A stretch of DNA of 64,000 bases from Legionellales bacterium. GTDB taxonomy: Bacteria; Pseudomonadota; Gammaproteobacteria; JABCZS01. A model generated the notes under the pieces. The model was given only the letters and a program-made list of their open reading frames with translations, was not told where the DNA came from and did no database searches. Shown in pieces: positions 60,408-64,000 of this stretch (its first letter is position 1; each line of letters opens with the position of its first letter). Position numbers and translations under genes: made by a program. Location of the stretch: the NCBI GenBank assembly GCA_041660525.1, contig JBAZWD010000009.1, positions 2,829-66,828 on the forward strand, written 5' to 3'.

Positions 60408-61616
60408 ATCCACTAACACCGCACAACAACTACCGGTAAAAACACTCACTGTTGTGCGGCACATATCTAACACGCGATCAACCGCGATAAAAAGTCCAAT
60501 ACCTTCCGCAGGAATACCAATTGCATGCAAAATGGCAATGATCGCAACCAATGAAGAAGATGGCACACCCGCTACACCTAGCGTTAACATAAATGCGAGT
60601 AAAACAATCAGTGCTTGTGTTGTTAGCGTTAAATCAATACCGTAAGCTTGCGCAACAAATAAACTCGCCACACACATATACAATGCCGATCCAGTTAAAT
60701 TCATGGAAGTACCCAATGGAATAACCAAGCTTGAAATTTTATTGGAAACCCCTGCGCGTTTTTCTACACATTCCATAGTCACGGGCAGGGTTGCCGCAGA
60801 AGAACTGGTTGAAAATGCGGTAATCAAGGCCGGTGTCATGGCTTTAATATGCGCAATAGGCGATTTGCCGGCAATGAATTTTAATAAAATAGGCAATACC
60901 ACAAACATAAAGAAAATAAAACCGAGCAAAACGGTTAACGTGAAAAGTCCTAAAGATTGCAGTGATTGCAAACCAAATTCAGAAAATACTTTTGCGACCA
61001 GTAAAAATACGCCCAGTGGCAAAGTTTTCATAATCAAATGCGTGAACTGCAACATCGTTTCAAAAACGCCTTGCGCAAATTGATTCAGCGAATCAGCGCT
61101 CGCTTTACTGATTTTAGAAATACAATACCCAAAAAGAATACTGAAGAAAATAATGCCTAGCATTTGTCCTTTTGAAAAAGCATCAATAATATTACTCGGA
61201 ATAATTTGTAATAATAAATGCGAAATGCTTAAAGTATTTTGCGCAGCCATTTGTTGTATAGCGCTCGTGTCAGTGATTATTTGCGCATGAAAATGTGCAC
61301 CGGGGTTTAATAAGTTTACAAATAAAGCGCCTGTTAAAATGGCTAATAAATTTGTGCCTAAAAATGCACCAAAAGTTTTAAGCCCTAAACGCCCAAATGC
61401 AGGGTCGCCCGCAATTTTTGCAACGCCTGTAATAATAGAGGACGCCACCAAAGGTACGACCAACAACAATAACGCATTAATAAATAAACGACCGCCTACA
61501 TTGTATATTTCCCAAACAAAGGAAGTTTGTGGCGTGAGCGATCCGATAATAACGCCTAAAATAATGGCGATAAAAACGATCCAGGGGCTGGCTTTTTTTG
61601 ATTTAGTGTTGCTCAT
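60402..61616 (-). CDS. Dicarboxylate/amino acid:cation symporter (DAACS family)
   Basis: 404 aa, multi-TM, FSTSSSAATLPV signature. Confidence 0.9.
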   Translation of the reverse strand: MSNTKSKKASPWIVFIAIILGVIIGSLTPQTSFVWEIYNVGGRLFINALLLLVVPLVASSIITGVAKIAGDPAFGRLGLKTFGAFLGTNLLAILTGALFVNLLNPGAHFHAQIITDTSAIQQMAAQNTLSISHLLLQIIPSNIIDAFSKGQMLGIIFFSILFGYCISKISKASADSLNQFAQGVFETMLQFTHLIMKTLPLGVFLLVAKVFSEFGLQSLQSLGLFTLTVLLGFIFFMFVVLPILLKFIAGKSPIAHIKAMTPALITAFSTSSSAATLPVTMECVEKRAGVSNKISSLVIPLGTSMNLTGSALYMCVASLFVAQAYGIDLTLTTQALIVLLAFMLTLGVAGVPSSSLVAIIAILHAIGIPAEGIGLFIAVDRVLDMCRTTVSVFTGSCCAVLVDS

Positions 61617-62661
61617 GATGTTCTGGCCATGCGTTAATAACAGCTTTAATTAATATACCTAAAGGAATAGCAAAAAATACGCCCCAAAATCCCCATAAGC
61701 CCCCAAAGAAAATAATCGCAATAATAATTGCGAGTGGATGGATATTCACCACTTCCGCAAATAAAAGCGGTACTAATACGTTGCCATCGATCGCTAATAA
61801 AACACCATATGCAACCAGAAAATAAACAAAATGCGGCGTTACACCCCATTGGAAAAATGCGATCAAAATCAAGGGAATGCTAGCGATCGCAGCGCCGATA
61901 TAGGGTATTAGTATAGAAATACCAATGACCACGGCCATCAATGCTGCGTAATGTAATCCCATTATCACAAACAAGATCCAACTGGAAACGCCAATAATCA
62001 GCATTTCACCTACTTTCCCAAGCACATAATTACCTAATTGCGTATGCACTTCATCCCACACACGATTCACTAAACCTCTATCTTTGGGTAAAAAATTAGC
62101 AAACCAATCGCAAATAAGATTGCGATCTTTGAGCATGAAAAAAACCATCAAAGGCACTAACACGAAATAAACCACTATGGCCGCCACTATAGGCACTAAA
62201 GCCGTCGAATACGTTAAAATATGTTGTCCCCAATGGCGCACGTGTTCACTGGTGGACGCAATAAAATCATTAATTTGTTGTTCAGAAACCAAGTCAGGAT
62301 AATGAGAAGGTAATAATAATAACTGGCTTTGCCAATTACTTAATATCTGCGGAGATTCTTCGAGTAAACGAAACACTTGCTGTAATAACAGTGGGATTAA
62401 ACCAAAAAGCACCAAGGTCAATAAACCTAAAAAACCTAAATAAACTATAGCCAATGCCCAACCTCTTTTCACCTGCAAACGTCCTAAGCGTCTAATCACC
62501 GCTTCTAATAAAAATGCAATAATTAAAGCGGTGATTACAGAAGCCATAATTTCGCCAAACACTAAACACAAAAAAAATCCTACGACCAAAAACAAAGCCA
62601 AAACTACGGCTTCAGGATTGCTAAAGTTTCGCTTATAAAACCGCTGAAACATCGTTAGCAT
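61603..62661 (-). CDS. AI-2E family transporter (PerM/YhhT-like)
   Basis: 352 aa, multi-TM, C-terminal GGLWGFWGVFFAIPL motif. Confidence 0.85.
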   Translation of the reverse strand: MLTMFQRFYKRNFSNPEAVVLALFLVVGFFLCLVFGEIMASVITALIIAFLLEAVIRRLGRLQVKRGWALAIVYLGFLGLLTLVLFGLIPLLLQQVFRLLEESPQILSNWQSQLLLLPSHYPDLVSEQQINDFIASTSEHVRHWGQHILTYSTALVPIVAAIVVYFVLVPLMVFFMLKDRNLICDWFANFLPKDRGLVNRVWDEVHTQLGNYVLGKVGEMLIIGVSSWILFVIMGLHYAALMAVVIGISILIPYIGAAIASIPLILIAFFQWGVTPHFVYFLVAYGVLLAIDGNVLVPLLFAEVVNIHPLAIIIAIIFFGGLWGFWGVFFAIPLGILIKAVINAWPEHHEQH

Positions 62662-63548
62662 GCAACAGCCTCACGGGTTATGTTTAATAGTTCATCAACA
62701 ACTTTAAGCGGGAATTTTTGTTGTTTGTAAATAAATGATATGGGTTTGATTAATAATTTTTCTAGAGGAGGCGATAACAGTGTTCCCAATTTTAATTCTT
62801 TGGCAATTGCAGCTTGTGGCAATATTGCTACACCCTGTCCTGCTTCAACCGCGTGTTTAATCATAGATATACTGCCCATTTCCATCATAACGCGCAGTTT
62901 AGTGGGTTCAAGGCCTAAATCTTGTATGTATTGAATCACAATATCACGCGCATCCGCTGTTTCATGTGCCATGATCCACGTTTGTTGTTCTAACATACTG
63001 GCATTAATACTTGTAGCACGCGCTAAAGGATGATTAGGCGCTGTTACAAAACGCCAAGGCATTTCGCTATGTTTATGGCTTAATAGCTTTTTGCTGTTAA
63101 CGGATGTTTCTATCACGCCAATATCGGCAAAACTATTTTCCACCATGGAAATAGCTTGTGCACACGAGCAGACATCTAAACGAATTTGCACAGCAGGAAA
63201 TTGTTGAGAAAAATCACTCAGCATAGGCGTTAAAATATATTGCGCCATTGCATTACCCGCTGCGATGCGCAGCACACCGGTAACATCGCCGGTCACTTCA
63301 CGAATGGCATTTTCCATTTCACCGTATAAACCAAAAATACGTTCAGAATAATCAAATGCACGGCGTCCAGCTTCCGTTAAACTGATGCGATTGTGTGATC
63401 GATCAAATAAGCGCACATTTAATTGTTCTTCAAGTTGTTTAATCTGGAAAGTAACAGCAGGTTGAGTCATTTGTAGACTATCCGCTGCACGTGTAAAACT
63501 GAGCAAGCGTGCAACTGCGTGGAATGCTAATAATCGTTTATCCGCCAT
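62655..63548 (-). CDS. LysR-family transcriptional regulator
   Basis: N-terminal wHTH LLAFHAVARLLSFTRAADSLQMTQPAVTFQIKQLEEQL. 297 aa. Confidence 0.92.
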   Translation of the reverse strand: MADKRLLAFHAVARLLSFTRAADSLQMTQPAVTFQIKQLEEQLNVRLFDRSHNRISLTEAGRRAFDYSERIFGLYGEMENAIREVTGDVTGVLRIAAGNAMAQYILTPMLSDFSQQFPAVQIRLDVCSCAQAISMVENSFADIGVIETSVNSKKLLSHKHSEMPWRFVTAPNHPLARATSINASMLEQQTWIMAHETADARDIVIQYIQDLGLEPTKLRVMMEMGSISMIKHAVEAGQGVAILPQAAIAKELKLGTLLSPPLEKLLIKPISFIYKQQKFPLKVVDELLNITREAVAC

Positions 63549-63619
63549 TTGTAAAAAAAACCTCCATGTAAAACTATTGGGACATCAGAATGTCTAGCAC
63601 AAAAATGACGATGCCGCCA

Positions 63620-64000
63620 TTATTTGCGCGCGCGTAAAGCGTTCATCATCACGCAGACATCAATAATTTCTTGTAAGATAGCGCCTATCGGTGGCGATAT
63701 ATATCCAAAAGCTGCAATACACATTAAAACAAAACTTAAACCCATGCCTATCAAAATACCTTGACGCGCAACACGTAACATACGCTGGCCTATCTGCACC
63801 GCATTTGCAACACGGCGCATATCTTCTTCAAGTAAAACAATGTCTGCGGCTTGCGCAGCGATGGCAACACCCTGCGTGCCTATAGCCATACCCACATAAG
63901 CATTTGCTAATGCAGGTGCATCATTAATACCATCGCCCACCATTAATGTATAAGGATGCTGCCTTGCAATTTGTGCAATTTTTTTAACTTTTTCTTCCGG
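63620..64000 (-). CDS. P-type (probably heavy-metal) ATPase, C-terminal part (partial, runs off window)
   Basis: The reading frame stays open to nt 64000 (PEEKVKKIAQIARQHPYTLMVGDGINDAPALA...), followed by two C-terminal TM helices. Confidence 0.88.
   Translation of the reverse strand, partial: PEEKVKKIAQIARQHPYTLMVGDGINDAPALANAYVGMAIGTQGVAIAAQAADIVLLEEDMRRVANAVQIGQRMLRVARQGILIGMGLSFVLMCIAAFGYISPPIGAILQEIIDVCVMMNALRARK

Overview
64-kb chromosomal window from an AT-rich gammaproteobacterium, densely packed with about 80 genes. Calls rest on ORF-track translations, motifs recognised by eye, and synteny remembered from E. coli and Pseudomonas; no searches were run.

Backbone (housekeeping): minC(end)-minD-minE; tldD-msrB-pmbA; comEA; tRNA-Arg and tRNA-Ser; rpoE-degP-lepA-lepB-rnc-era-recO; nadB; sdhE-ygfX and ygfZ; nadC; kdsB-yhbY. 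It also holds the classic supercluster rpsB-tsf-pyrH-frr-uppS-cdsA-dxr-rseP-bamA-skp-lpxD-fabZ-lpxA-lpxB-(extra membrane gene)-rnhB-dnaE. After that come map; obg-rpmA-rplU; ispB; ppiB; dapA-(mini bamC-like)-purC; bcp; transporters; a LysR regulator; and the 3' part of a P-type ATPase.

Accessory and orphan content sits in three patches:
- 16.3-21.9 kb: an atypical response regulator, a 546-aa multi-pass membrane orphan, and a 655-aa protein with 54-bp tandem repeats encoding an E/K/R-rich helix.
- 24.1-33.6 kb: a lipoprotein-amidase-M20 peptidase operon; two inverted paralogous lipoprotein genes bracketing a divergent orphan gene pair separated by a C11 tract; a DUF2971 gene; an AbrB-PIN toxin-antitoxin (TA) module flanked by tRNA-Thr and a degenerate copy of its 3' half; and an orphan pilA.
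- 52.8-54.1 kb: a decayed TA remnant and a secreted phosphoesterase.

Four TA loci are present, two intact and two decayed. No CRISPR array, rRNA, transposase or integrase was seen.

The low GC plus orphan coiled-coil and membrane proteins wedged between housekeeping genes is reminiscent of intracellular Legionellales-type bacteria. That is inference only.

The most notable candidates are the poly-C promoter-spacer tract, the repeat-encoded charged helix protein, sigma-E lacking its anti-sigma genes, the minimal BamC-like lipoprotein, and the tRNA-Thr-associated mini-island.
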